A DNA stretch of 64,000 bases from Candidatus Nanohaloarchaea archaeon (GTDB lineage Archaea > Nanohalarchaeota > Nanosalinia > Nanosalinales > Nanosalinaceae). Shown piece after piece: positions 26,977 through 36,415 of this stretch. How positions within the stretch are numbered: position 1 is the stretch's first letter; each line of letters opens with the position of its first letter. Position numbers and translations under genes: made by a program. A model generated the notes under the pieces. The model was not told the DNA's origin, searched no databases, and worked only from the letters and a program-made list of their open reading frames with translations. Location of the stretch: positions 132,356 through 196,355 of the forward strand of contig JBDGRE010000001.1 of the NCBI GenBank assembly GCA_042218325.1, given 5' to 3'.

Positions 26977-27957
26977 CTACGAGAAGCCGCCCATAACGGA
27001 TGCGAGCGCGCCCTTTATGATGAAGAACAGGATCAGGGACACTGCTATCATCGGGGGTATGTACTTCGCGCCTTCCTTGACGTTCGCGTTCTTTATCTGC
27101 GAGATTATCAGCGCCGAAAAGAAGTTGATGACGATTATCGCCATGACGGAGAACTGCTCGAAGAACGCCGTGTTGACCTGTGGTTTCTGGAAGGTCAGGC
27201 CCAGCTGGCCTCCTGTCTGCAGGTCGCCGATGTTCGTGCCTGCCCACATCTCCGCTGTCGTCTGGGACATGTAGACTGATATGGAGAAAAGCAGTGGGGC
27301 ACCTATGACCGCGGCCATCACTATGAATATGACGTACATACGGATGTTGGAGTTGATCTCTTCTCTCAGCTCCATGGAGTTCCTGATGTCGTCTGCGCTG
27401 GATTCGAGGAGTTCGGCCGAGTTCCCACCCGCCTCGAGCCCGTCTATCAGCAGCTTTATGGTCTCCTTGAACAGGCCTGACTTGACCCTGTACTCCAGGT
27501 CGTCCAGCGCCTCCTCGACCGGTTTGCCTCCGAACATCTGCATCGCCGTCGTCCTAAGCTCTTCCGCAAGCGGCCCGAACTCATCTCTCGCGCTCAGGAG
27601 GAACGCCTTCTCGATGTTGAGACCGGATTTCATGTTCGCGCTTATTAGAAGTAAAGCGTCCGGGAGGACGTTCTCCATCTCCTTCCGTCTCCTCTCCGCT
27701 GCTATCGAGACTATGACGTAGGGAACGAGCGGCGGTACCGTGACCAGGCCCAGACCCAGCAGCGCCACTTTCCACGCAAGGCTGTAAGGCAGCAGCATGG
27801 AGCCTATCAGGATCGCGGCGGCCACGGCGACCATGCCATGAAGCACTATGCTCTCGTGGTTGTCCATCGAGGCGTAACGTGCCTCTCTTTCTACGCGGTC
27901 GCGGTATGCCTCCGGCAGTTTTTCGTAAATCCCTCTCTCGCTTACAGGTGTCTTCAT
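26977..27957 (-). CDS. Type II secretion system F / TadC-like platform protein
   Basis: LPDALLLISANMKSG, EFGPLAEEL and multiple TMs. Start at MKTPV overlaps the upstream stop. Confidence 0.9.
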   Translation of the reverse strand: MKTPVSERGIYEKLPEAYRDRVEREARYASMDNHESIVLHGMVAVAAAILIGSMLLPYSLAWKVALLGLGLVTVPPLVPYVIVSIAAERRRKEMENVLPDALLLISANMKSGLNIEKAFLLSARDEFGPLAEELRTTAMQMFGGKPVEEALDDLEYRVKSGLFKETIKLLIDGLEAGGNSAELLESSADDIRNSMELREEINSNIRMYVIFIVMAAVIGAPLLFSISVYMSQTTAEMWAGTNIGDLQTGGQLGLTFQKPQVNTAFFEQFSVMAIIVINFFSALIISQIKNANVKEGAKYIPPMIAVSLILFFIIKGALASVMGGFS

Positions 27958-28811
27958 CAGGTCTTCACCTCCGGTCTCTTGGACTTCACGAAGTTCAGGA
28001 AGAACAGCTGGAAAAGTATCAGGCCCACGATTATCTGGTAGAACGTGAATTTGCCAAGGCTCACACCGGTGAACGTGGAGAGCACGATCATGAAAGTTAC
28101 GCCGAGCGAAGGCACTATGACCGCTATCATAAGGTAGACGAGCACGTACGGGTTGAGCTCCTTGCCGTACCGCTTGACCTCCAGCTTCTGCTGCTTGACC
28201 ATCGCCTCGACAAGCGAGTCCAGCGTGTGAGAGATGTCGGTCCCGGACTTCAGCGCGTTTATCATCTGCCACATCGCTCTCCGGTACTGCGTACTCGGAT
28301 TCCTCACGATGGAGTCCTCCAGCGCTTCTACCTGCGGCTTCCCGCCGTTGATATCCTTCACTATCCGGTTGAACTCCCTGGAGGCCTCCCCGTAGTCCTC
28401 GCTGACCGATACCATGGCCTCGTACAGCGAGATGCCAGAACGGACCTCGATAAGCATGTGTCGCAGTGCGTACGGCAGGTCCCGCTCCAGTTTCCGTGAC
28501 CGCTTCTTGGCTTTTACCTTCGGGTAGTTCGCGAACGAGAGGAATCCGAAGAAGGACAGCAGCGGCGCTCCTATAAGGGAACCTATCATTATCTGTCTCT
28601 GCCCCGTCGAGAAACCGAAGGCGAGCAGCGCCAGCGTTATGGTGCCTCCTATCTGAAGGCCGCGGAAAAGAGCCGACGCGAGGAATATATCTGGATCGGT
28701 GTCTATACGGGCTCTCGTCAGGTCTCGCTGCACGTTGGGGACCAGTTTCTTCAGCCTCTGTGCGGCCGGGAGCAGGGGCTGTATGTATCTGTCCGAGACA
28801 CGGAGATCCAT
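27957..28811 (-). CDS. Type II secretion system F / TadB-like platform protein
   Basis: LPYALRHMLIEVRSGISLYEAM, YGEASREF and TM segments. Confidence 0.9.
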   Translation of the reverse strand: MDLRVSDRYIQPLLPAAQRLKKLVPNVQRDLTRARIDTDPDIFLASALFRGLQIGGTITLALLAFGFSTGQRQIMIGSLIGAPLLSFFGFLSFANYPKVKAKKRSRKLERDLPYALRHMLIEVRSGISLYEAMVSVSEDYGEASREFNRIVKDINGGKPQVEALEDSIVRNPSTQYRRAMWQMINALKSGTDISHTLDSLVEAMVKQQKLEVKRYGKELNPYVLVYLMIAVIVPSLGVTFMIVLSTFTGVSLGKFTFYQIIVGLILFQLFFLNFVKSKRPEVKT

Positions 28812-28891
28812 CTTAAGAGTTTTTTCTGGAGGCTCGAATAAAAAGTAGCCCGGCAAATCGTTTTTTATACCAGCGCCGGGAACACTGGAAC

Positions 28892-29212
28892 ATGAACGGT
28901 TTCAACCTTTTCCTGGAGTTCGTGGCCCTTATACTGTCCATATCCTCCCTCGGGCTGATATACATCGCCATAAGGGAATGCAGCGAGTCCCAGTTTGTGC
29001 CGATTTATTACTTCCTCGCGCTCAGCTCCGGCGGTGTGGCAGTCCTTTCCCTGGCCCGGATAGAGGCGATGTTCTGGGGGAACGGTTTCGTCGTGTCATC
29101 GGCTCTCCTGCAGGATCTTTTCATCTCGTATATCGCGCTGTTCCTGTTCGGCTCGCTCTGGCAGAGCTACGAGGCAGAGATGTGCGTGCCAAGGTTCGTC
29201 GACAGCGACTAG
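28892..29212 (+). CDS. Small three-TM membrane protein
   Basis: Three hydrophobic segments and a TTTTTATA box upstream. Confidence 0.65.
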   Translation: MNGFNLFLEFVALILSISSLGLIYIAIRECSESQFVPIYYFLALSSGGVAVLSLARIEAMFWGNGFVVSSALLQDLFISYIALFLFGSLWQSYEAEMCVPRFVDSD

Positions 29213-30825
29213 TCCTCGATGACGGGTGCGGGGTCAGAGCCCTCCTCTGCGAGCGTTACTATCTCTTCCGGATCGGAGTAGTACTCTGCTATGACCTTGC
29301 CGACGGTGTCGACCTCGTTAATCTCCTTGTCTTCCATCCACTCCAGTACAGTTTTCTTTTCCTCGAGGTTCTTGTCTATCTCTTCGCGGCTCATACCGGT
29401 GTGGAGGTTCAATGTACTGTATATCTGCTGTGATTCCTGCTTCTTCTCGACCTCGTCCTCCTTCGACTGCCACTCGTAGATGACGTTGGCATGGACCTCG
29501 TCTTCCTCGTTCTCACCTATCTCCGCTACTTCCATCACGCGGCGGAAGTTCCTCCTCCTGTCGCGGAACATGACCACGTTGACATCGACCGCGTCGACCA
29601 TGGTCTTCGGTACGTCGATGGGCGGGTTCACCAGCCTCCGCACGGTCTGCTCCGCGGTGTCGGCGTGGAGAGTGGAGTAGACGGAGTGGCCGGTGTGCAT
29701 CGCCTCGAACAGTACCTCGGCCTGCTGCTTCTTCCTTATCTCTCCTACAAGGATGCGGTCGGGACGCATACGGAGCGCGTTGACAAGCAGGTCAAGCATC
29801 GAAACACCGCCTTTTCCTTCCGGGTTCGGCTCCCGCGTGGTCAGCGGCACCCAGTGCAGGAAGTTCGGCAGCGAGACCTCACGCGTGTCCTCGATGGACA
29901 GCACGCGCTGGTTCGGAGGTATGAACGGCATAAGCACGTTCAACAGCGAGGTCTTTCCGGCGCCGGTACCTCCCGAGACTATGACGTTGAGCTCGTACTG
30001 GAGGCACAGCCACAGGAAGGCCGCGACCTCCCTGGTGATGGTCCCGTTCTGTATGAAGTCGGTTATCGTCCAGGGATCCCGCGCGAACTTACGTATGGTT
30101 ATAGTGTTGCCCTGCGTCGAGATGGGGTACAGCGTCGCGTTCGTCCTGTCTCCCGAGGGCAGGTGCGCGTCGAGCAGCGGATGCAGGGAGGATATGTTCT
30201 TCCCTACCCGGCGGCCGATCTCGGAGGCGTAGTTGTAGACCTGGTCCTCGTCGTCGAACTCGATATCCGTCTTCATCCAGCCGAGCTCCTTGTGGTACAC
30301 CCAGGCCGGTTCCTGGGAGGAGTTGATGACTATCTCCTCGAGGTGCTGGTCGTTCAGCAGTAACTCGATATCGCCGAGCCCCAGCATCTCGTGGATAAGA
30401 TTGCCTATCAGTATCTGTTTCACGCGTTCCTCTGTGGCGGGAAGCTCCTCTTCGAGCTGCGCCATGGCCTGGTCCCTGAACTTCTGCTTGACGTTCTCCA
30501 GCTCCTTCGCATTGACGAACTCCTCCGTCGAGAGATTTACCTCTCGGACAACCTGCTCCTTGAGGTCGCTGAGGACGGCCTCCGTCGCAGTCCGTATCTC
30601 CGGCCTCTGCACCTGGTACGTCAGGACGTACTCTTCTTCCTCGTCAAGTATCTTTACTCTCGCCGGTACACCGTCGGCCTCCACCTCGTACTCGTCCTCG
30701 AGCTCGGATTCTGTCTCGTCTTCACCAGACCTTTCGACTGCTTCTATACCTTTATCGTCGTCCGGCTCTCGCCCTTCCTCTGTCTCCTGCTGGTTCACCC
30801 GAGGCCTGTCGCTTCCATCACTCAT
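29209..30825 (-). CDS. Type IV pilus assembly ATPase (CpaF/VirB11 family)
   Basis: SGGTGAGKT, SIEDTRE, ALRMRPDRILVGEIR and AMHTGHSVYSTLHA. Confidence 0.95.
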   Translation of the reverse strand: MSDGSDRPRVNQQETEEGREPDDDKGIEAVERSGEDETESELEDEYEVEADGVPARVKILDEEEEYVLTYQVQRPEIRTATEAVLSDLKEQVVREVNLSTEEFVNAKELENVKQKFRDQAMAQLEEELPATEERVKQILIGNLIHEMLGLGDIELLLNDQHLEEIVINSSQEPAWVYHKELGWMKTDIEFDDEDQVYNYASEIGRRVGKNISSLHPLLDAHLPSGDRTNATLYPISTQGNTITIRKFARDPWTITDFIQNGTITREVAAFLWLCLQYELNVIVSGGTGAGKTSLLNVLMPFIPPNQRVLSIEDTREVSLPNFLHWVPLTTREPNPEGKGGVSMLDLLVNALRMRPDRILVGEIRKKQQAEVLFEAMHTGHSVYSTLHADTAEQTVRRLVNPPIDVPKTMVDAVDVNVVMFRDRRRNFRRVMEVAEIGENEEDEVHANVIYEWQSKEDEVEKKQESQQIYSTLNLHTGMSREEIDKNLEEKKTVLEWMEDKEINEVDTVGKVIAEYYSDPEEIVTLAEEGSDPAPVIED

Positions 30826-31717
30826 CTTTCCTGTCCTCCAGCCATCTCAGCAGCGTTTCACGGTTCTTACCCTGTTCTTCGAGTTCTATTACCCTTTCGT
30901 AGTCAGGGGAATCCATGTCCGCTATGTCCTCTTTCGCCTCCTCTACAGTTCCCTCAAGCGCCCGCCTGTACCGGCTCTTGCCGACGAGACCCTTTAGCCT
31001 GGATTTGAACGACGCGAAGATACCCCTGGCTTCCTCTTCCTCCTCTTCGAGGTCTTTCAGCTGTTCCTCGAACTCTTCAGCCGTCTCTGCATGCTTCTCC
31101 AGCTTCTTCATCGCCTTGATCTTTTTCCGTACCTCGTCTTTCTCCTGCTCGAACTCTTCCGCTTTTTCCTCCGCCTCCTCTATCCTTTCGAGCGCGGAAT
31201 CAATCTTGGATAACAGGTTAACCGAACGGGAACGCAGTTTCTCCTCTTTCTCGGCCTGCTGCGACAGCTCGTTCTCGAGCTCCTCTTCCAGGTCTTCCAG
31301 TTTTTCGAGCTTCTCCTTGACATCTTCCTCTTTCTCCCGGTTGTCCTCAAGCTCTTCCGCCATCTCCTTGAGATTTTCCCGGGCCTCCTGTATCTCGCTG
31401 CCTTTTTGTTCGAGCTCCCCCTCTACTTCTGCCGTCTTCTGCTCTACTTTTTCTCTTATCTCATCGAGTTTTTCCTCGGCCGCCTCCTTGTTCTGCTTCG
31501 TGTATTCAAGTATCATGCCCTGTCTCGCCGAGTACTCCTTCTCGACGAAATCGCTTTCATCGAGGGCCTTGGCCCACTCCTTTATACGGTCCTCAGAGAC
31601 ACCGAGGTCTTCCGATATCTTCGACACGGTGGCTTTCTGGTTCTCTGCAAGGTAGTTGAGGAGCGTGTCCACCCCGGTCTCTATAACAAGGTCTTCCCAG
31701 TCGTCGTCCTCGGCCAT
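30818..31717 (-). CDS. Coiled-coil protein with N-terminal wHTH-like domain, co-transcribed with the pilus ATPase
   Basis: IETGVD.LL...ISEDLGVS...IKEWAKAL followed by a long E/K heptad region. Confidence 0.8.
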   Translation of the reverse strand: MAEDDDWEDLVIETGVDTLLNYLAENQKATVSKISEDLGVSEDRIKEWAKALDESDFVEKEYSARQGMILEYTKQNKEAAEEKLDEIREKVEQKTAEVEGELEQKGSEIQEARENLKEMAEELEDNREKEEDVKEKLEKLEDLEEELENELSQQAEKEEKLRSRSVNLLSKIDSALERIEEAEEKAEEFEQEKDEVRKKIKAMKKLEKHAETAEEFEEQLKDLEEEEEEARGIFASFKSRLKGLVGKSRYRRALEGTVEEAKEDIADMDSPDYERVIELEEQGKNRETLLRWLEDRKDE

Positions 31718-31760
31718 CAGAACAGTATAGTTTTAACTCCATCCGGTTTTAAAGACTGTT

Positions 31761-32705
31761 ATGTTCGTGATTTTCTCCCATATACTGGCGTTCTCCACGC
31801 TTTTCGTCGCCGCCATCTCCGACCTCAAGACCACGGATGTGCCGGATATCTTCGGGGTCGCGGGAGTGATAGGAGGCGTATCGCTTCACGCCGCGCAGGC
31901 GTACACAACTGGGTCCATCGACCCGCTTCTCTGGAGTATAGGCGCAGGTACAGTTTTCTCTCTCTACGGCTGGGGCGCGTACCTCCTCGGTATGTGGGGA
32001 GGTGCTGACGCGTTTGCCATGTCGGTGCTCGGGTTCGCGGCACCTTATTCCACAGGAGGGCCGGGGTACGTCCACGGCCTGAACCTTTTCGTCAACATTA
32101 TGCTGCTCGGCTTCGTTTACTCGCTGCTGTTCGCGGCCTACAAGGCTTTCCAGGCGGGCGGAGTCGTAGCGGGTACGGTTGAAAGGATACAGGAGCAGGA
32201 GAGGCGTATAGCCCTGGAGCTGCTGGCGGCAGGTGCGGCCTCCGCTTTCCTCCAGGTCATGGGGATGAGCGGGTTCGTCTACTTCGGCGCCATGGTTTTT
32301 CTGGTCTTCATTTACAGGTTCTTCCTGGTGCTGCAGGAAGATGCCATGTCGGTCGAGAAACCGGTGCAGGAGTTAGAGCCGGGTGCTGTCATAGATCTTG
32401 AAGGGGTCGATATCAGTGTCGCCCGGGAGGAGAACCTGCTCGGGAGGTTCCTTGGAAGGCTCGGCTCCGGTGCGCGGAGAACAGGTTTCGCCCGGGCCGG
32501 TGCCTACATGGAGAGGATGGAGGAGAGGATGGGTTATCCAGAGGTAGTCGGGGTAAGGGAGGAGGAGATAGAGAAACTGCAGGATGAAGGTGTCGAAAAG
32601 GTTGGTGTAAAGACCGGTGCGCGTTTCGTCCCTGTTTTCCCTGCCGCGCTGTTCGTCACAGATGTTTTCGGTGGCGGCGTACTGCTACTCCTCGCCCTGT
32701 TCTAG
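31761..32705 (+). CDS. Prepilin peptidase (A24 family, PibD/EppA-like)
   Basis: SDLKTTDVPD and WGGADA catalytic Asp motifs, C-terminal RFVPVF, many TMs. Confidence 0.9.
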   Translation: MFVIFSHILAFSTLFVAAISDLKTTDVPDIFGVAGVIGGVSLHAAQAYTTGSIDPLLWSIGAGTVFSLYGWGAYLLGMWGGADAFAMSVLGFAAPYSTGGPGYVHGLNLFVNIMLLGFVYSLLFAAYKAFQAGGVVAGTVERIQEQERRIALELLAAGAASAFLQVMGMSGFVYFGAMVFLVFIYRFFLVLQEDAMSVEKPVQELEPGAVIDLEGVDISVAREENLLGRFLGRLGSGARRTGFARAGAYMERMEERMGYPEVVGVREEEIEKLQDEGVEKVGVKTGARFVPVFPAALFVTDVFGGGVLLLLALF

Positions 32706-34435
32706 CTGATTATCGTTATATCGTCGGAGCCTGATTTCTCCGGCTTGCCTGAAAGGTTCTGGGCCCGGAGCTGCTGCTCCAGCTCGTGTATCTTTTCCTG
32801 GTTAGATATCACGTGTTCGGCGAGGTTGTCTATCTTCCTCTCTATAGTGGAAAGGTCCTGTCCGCCCTGGTCCTGGCTTCCGCCTGTTGCCACGGGCTGC
32901 GGAAGCTCCTGCTGCCGCTCTGCCCGTTCCTCCTGCTTCTCGACCTTCTCGGCCACGTTCTCTATCCTTGTATCGACGAGCTGCTCCATGTCCTCCAGCT
33001 TCTGTTCCAGCCGCTCTACTTCGGCCTGCAGCCGGTTCTCGTTCCGGTTGACGCTCTGCGCTATCTCGCTTACCTTCGACTGGACGTTCCTCTGTCCCTG
33101 CCTCGCCTTCTGCTCTATCTCATCCAGCTTCTGCTCGACCTCCTGCGAGTTCTTCTCCAGCTGCGCGTCAACGGTCTCGAGCTCCTGCTCCAGCTTCTCG
33201 ACGTATTCTTGGTTGTCGTTTACGAGCTCCACGACTCGGTCGATACGCTCGGAGAAGTCTTCGTGGCTTCCCTGTATCTTTTCCAGCACCTCGGCCTCTA
33301 CAGTGTCCTCAAGGTTGCTTATACGCTTTTCTCCCTCGCGTACAGCGCGGTCGACCTCCGAGCTCAGCTGCCGGAGCCTGTCCTCGATATCCCCGCGCAT
33401 CTCTTCCAGCTCTTCGTCGAGCTCTTCCTCTTCGACAGTATCTTCCTCCAGTTCGTCTATCTTTTCCTCTACGTCGTTTCTCAGCTGCTCGAGCGCCTCA
33501 TGGTCCTTCCGGTCCATCTCCCGCTCCAGCTTCTTGATACGCCTGCGCAGTTCCTTGACCTGTGTCTGGTCCAGCTTCTGCGACAGGCCGTCCTTCTCTA
33601 TGGAGGACAGCCGTGACTTGATGGCGTTCAGGTCGAACCTGATGGCATCTATATTTTCCGGTTCCCTGCCGGGTTCCACCGGGTCGTCCGGCTTTTCCGG
33701 TAGCGGCCGCCTCTCCACGGTATCCGGTGAGTCTTCTATCCGTGAGACCTTGGATTCCAGGTCGATAACGCGGTCCTCGAGTCTTTCCTCGAATCCCTTG
33801 ACCTTGTCAAGCTTCTTCTCGAACTCTTCTATCTCTTCCAGTTTCTCGTCGAGCTCTTCAAGGGCCTCGCTTTCTACGCCGGTATCATTTTTGCCCGTCT
33901 CAATCTGTTTCATCTCCTTCCGGAGCTTCTTGACCTCTGCTGTAACCTTTTTCAGCTGGTTGTAGTTCGACCTGACAGCCTTCCGGTACTTGTCACTCAT
34001 CTCCCCTCCGGTTCCCTGTTCTGGAGCCTGTGGGGAGGAATTATCCATGTTCTCCAGCTGTTCCTCTACGCTCTGGATGCGTTTCTCCAGCTGCTGGTCG
34101 CGCTCGGTGGAGTCAAGGTCCATGTTCTCGCGGACGTCCTTTATCTGCCGGTACAGGTACTCCATCTTCTCGTGGACCTTGCCCTCCTTGTACTCCTGCT
34201 TGATTTGCTCCACCATGTTGAGCCGTTTCTCTAGCTCCTCCTTGTCCATGTGGTTGAGCATCTCTTCGACTTCCTTGACCTCGTCCTCGAGTGACATCGA
34301 CTCGAGCTGGGCCATCATATCCTTGTCCTCCAGGTCTTGGATACGGCTCTCCATCTCGCGGATGCGGTCCTCTATGCCCTGAAGCTCCTCTTCGAGCTTC
34401 GCCTTGCTTATTTCACCGGTGTCATCTTCGGGCAT
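32702..34435 (-). CDS. Long acidic coiled-coil protein
   Basis: 577 aa with near-continuous heptads and no TM. Confidence 0.8.
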   Translation of the reverse strand: MPEDDTGEISKAKLEEELQGIEDRIREMESRIQDLEDKDMMAQLESMSLEDEVKEVEEMLNHMDKEELEKRLNMVEQIKQEYKEGKVHEKMEYLYRQIKDVRENMDLDSTERDQQLEKRIQSVEEQLENMDNSSPQAPEQGTGGEMSDKYRKAVRSNYNQLKKVTAEVKKLRKEMKQIETGKNDTGVESEALEELDEKLEEIEEFEKKLDKVKGFEERLEDRVIDLESKVSRIEDSPDTVERRPLPEKPDDPVEPGREPENIDAIRFDLNAIKSRLSSIEKDGLSQKLDQTQVKELRRRIKKLEREMDRKDHEALEQLRNDVEEKIDELEEDTVEEEELDEELEEMRGDIEDRLRQLSSEVDRAVREGEKRISNLEDTVEAEVLEKIQGSHEDFSERIDRVVELVNDNQEYVEKLEQELETVDAQLEKNSQEVEQKLDEIEQKARQGQRNVQSKVSEIAQSVNRNENRLQAEVERLEQKLEDMEQLVDTRIENVAEKVEKQEERAERQQELPQPVATGGSQDQGGQDLSTIERKIDNLAEHVISNQEKIHELEQQLRAQNLSGKPEKSGSDDITIIS

Positions 34436-34531
34436 ACTGAAGATTTCGCAAGGCCGGAATAAAAAAGAAGAGGTTATCTGTATTCAGCCGGTATTTAGTC
34501 TGGTTAAGAAAAGAAAAAGGATGAGAAAAAT

Positions 34532-34954
34532 TTACGGTGTGTAGGTCGCGTCTGAAGCGCCCTGGCAGTTCACTGGTGAGGCACGGATTTCTTCAAGTGA
34601 GGCGCCAGAATTCCCGTTGTTTGGCGTCTGGACCGCTCCCCTGTTCCCAGTGATATCTACATAATCCTGAGCGGGACTGGTTCCGTCGTCGTAGAACCAG
34701 GTCACAGATACGTTGCCTACCGGCTCACTGCCGCTGGTCTGTTGAATCGTGGCGCTGTTCGCGTCACCACTTGTTATCTCAATGATTACCCCTGTACATC
34801 TTGATAGCTCTTCTGATGTGTTGGTCGTGTCTTGTTGGGCGTTCTGTATCAGCTGTGGTGCCCATTGTGCGAATAGGGATGCTACTGCCATCGTGAAAGC
34901 AATCAGCAATACAGCGGCAATCAGAGGAGATATACCCTTTCTTCTCATAGGCAA
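34532..34954 (-). CDS. Archaeal type IV pilin (archaellin/pilin N-terminal type)
   Basis: RKG/ISPLIAAVLLIAFTMAVA and a Cys pair. Confidence 0.9.
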   Translation of the reverse strand: MPMRRKGISPLIAAVLLIAFTMAVASLFAQWAPQLIQNAQQDTTNTSEELSRCTGVIIEITSGDANSATIQQTSGSEPVGNVSVTWFYDDGTSPAQDYVDITGNRGAVQTPNNGNSGASLEEIRASPVNCQGASDATYTP

Positions 34955-34990
34955 CAGTTCCCCGTGCTGTTATTTAAAGGTTCCCGAGAT

Positions 34991-35410
34991 TCACGGTGTG
35001 TAAGAAATCGTAGATGCGCCCTGACAGTTCGTCGGGCTGACTCTTACCTCGTCGATGCTCCCTCCGGAACCATCTCCGTAGATTACTGCGGTTCCCCGGG
35101 GACTGTCGATAGAGGTATCGTTCTGTACTGGGCCATTGCTGTAGAACCAGGTGACTTTGAGGTCCCCTATGCCTTGATCACCGGTGGTCTGCTGGATGGT
35201 GATGCTGGCTGGTGTGCTCGAAAGGTCGGCCTGGGCTACCTGTATATTGAGCCCAGTGCATCTCTGGAGTTCCTGTGATGTATTCGAGGTATCCTGCTGT
35301 GCGTTCTGCATCAGCTGTGGTGCCCACTGGGCGAACAGGGATGCTACCGCCATCGTGAACGCGATTAAAAGTACTGCGGCGATGAGCGGCGAGATACCTT
35401 TTCTTTTCAT
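34991..35410 (-). CDS. Archaeal type IV pilin, paralogue of 34532-34954
   Basis: Same N-terminus RKG/ISPLIAAVLLIAFTMAVASLFAQWAPQL. Confidence 0.9.
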   Translation of the reverse strand: MKRKGISPLIAAVLLIAFTMAVASLFAQWAPQLMQNAQQDTSNTSQELQRCTGLNIQVAQADLSSTPASITIQQTTGDQGIGDLKVTWFYSNGPVQNDTSIDSPRGTAVIYGDGSGGSIDEVRVSPTNCQGASTISYTP

Positions 35411-35423
35411 ATATGTACGATGC

Positions 35424-35963
35424 TTACTGACGCTGCATTAAAAGTGTTTCCTGTTCCTGCGCTCTCAGCCAGTACAGCCAAAGCACGAACACCACGGCTG
35501 TGAGACCCCACTTCCACAGCGTTCCGTGGATTATGTCGAAGGAGATTATGCCCTGGTGGCTGAGGTAGACGGTGGATACGACCCGGACCAGGTTGGCGGC
35601 TGCAAGAACCCCGATACCCGCGAACAGGTATCTCCAGTGCTTTCTCACCGGCCCGGAGGCGTACATCAGCCCGGTGAAGGCAGCCATGGACTTCCAGCCG
35701 AGGCAGTCCTGGGTTATCTGGTATGTGCCCGAGTCCAGGAATATGAAGTATCCGGTGTGAGTGGCCTGGATGCCAAGGAGTCCCAGAACCTGGGAGACGA
35801 TGCCGGCGAACCAGGCCTGTATCCCGTAGGTGGACGGGTAGAGAAAAAGAACCAGCTGGAAGATGGCGCCCGCGAGGAGAAGCTTGCCGAGGAACATAGA
35901 TGTGTATAGGAGTTTCCGCTGCCTGCGGTCCAGCTCCCCGGTGTCGAGTTTCTCCATGATCAT
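35424..35963 (-). CDS. Archaeosortase/exosortase family transpeptidase
   Basis: Catalytic-type triad Cys (ITQDCLG), Arg (ANLVRV) and His (FDIIHG) in a multi-TM protein. Confidence 0.85.
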   Translation of the reverse strand: MIMEKLDTGELDRRQRKLLYTSMFLGKLLLAGAIFQLVLFLYPSTYGIQAWFAGIVSQVLGLLGIQATHTGYFIFLDSGTYQITQDCLGWKSMAAFTGLMYASGPVRKHWRYLFAGIGVLAAANLVRVVSTVYLSHQGIISFDIIHGTLWKWGLTAVVFVLWLYWLRAQEQETLLMQRQ

Positions 35964-36415
35964 GAAGAGGCCTTGCGTTTGATGCTTGAGAGATCGTGCG
36001 AGAAGTAGCTGTCCGCTACCTCCGCGAGGTCTTCCCCGCTTACCTCCTGGAACTCTTTTATCTTCCTCACCTTCCTGTGCATGCTCTTGTAGGCGTGAAA
36101 GGCCGATGCCGCCGCATCCTTCTCGTGAGAGTTATCGCCTCTTCCAAGTTCCTCCTTCCGCTGTCTCGAAAGGTCTTCCTCTGGCTCGAACCTGTACGCG
36201 CCCAGCGAGCTCGCGATTTTCTCGACTGTCGAGGGCATCTTGCCGGTGTCGCAGGCGACCACCACAGGTTTTCCGGTGTCGATTATCATCCGTATTATCT
36301 CGTGTCTTGGCAGCTCCCTGTCGCTTTCTAGAAGCTCCAGCTCGCCGTCGAGGTTTACTGCGGCGACCGCGGAAGTATTGCCGGGGTCGATACCGACGAA
36401 CAGCGGTTCAGGCAT
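35960..36415 (-). CDS. DUF460 RNase H-fold protein (short form)
   Basis: VGIDPG.T.AVA.V.LDG, GKPVVVACD and NSHEKDA. Confidence 0.85.
   Translation of the reverse strand: MPEPLFVGIDPGNTSAVAAVNLDGELELLESDRELPRHEIIRMIIDTGKPVVVACDTGKMPSTVEKIASSLGAYRFEPEEDLSRQRKEELGRGDNSHEKDAAASAFHAYKSMHRKVRKIKEFQEVSGEDLAEVADSYFSHDLSSIKRKASS

Noticed and set aside
26439-35410. Archaellum operon
   Set aside because: No ArlH/ArlF/ArlG-like genes or archaellin-type globular domains are recognisable. The organisation fits a type IV pilus.
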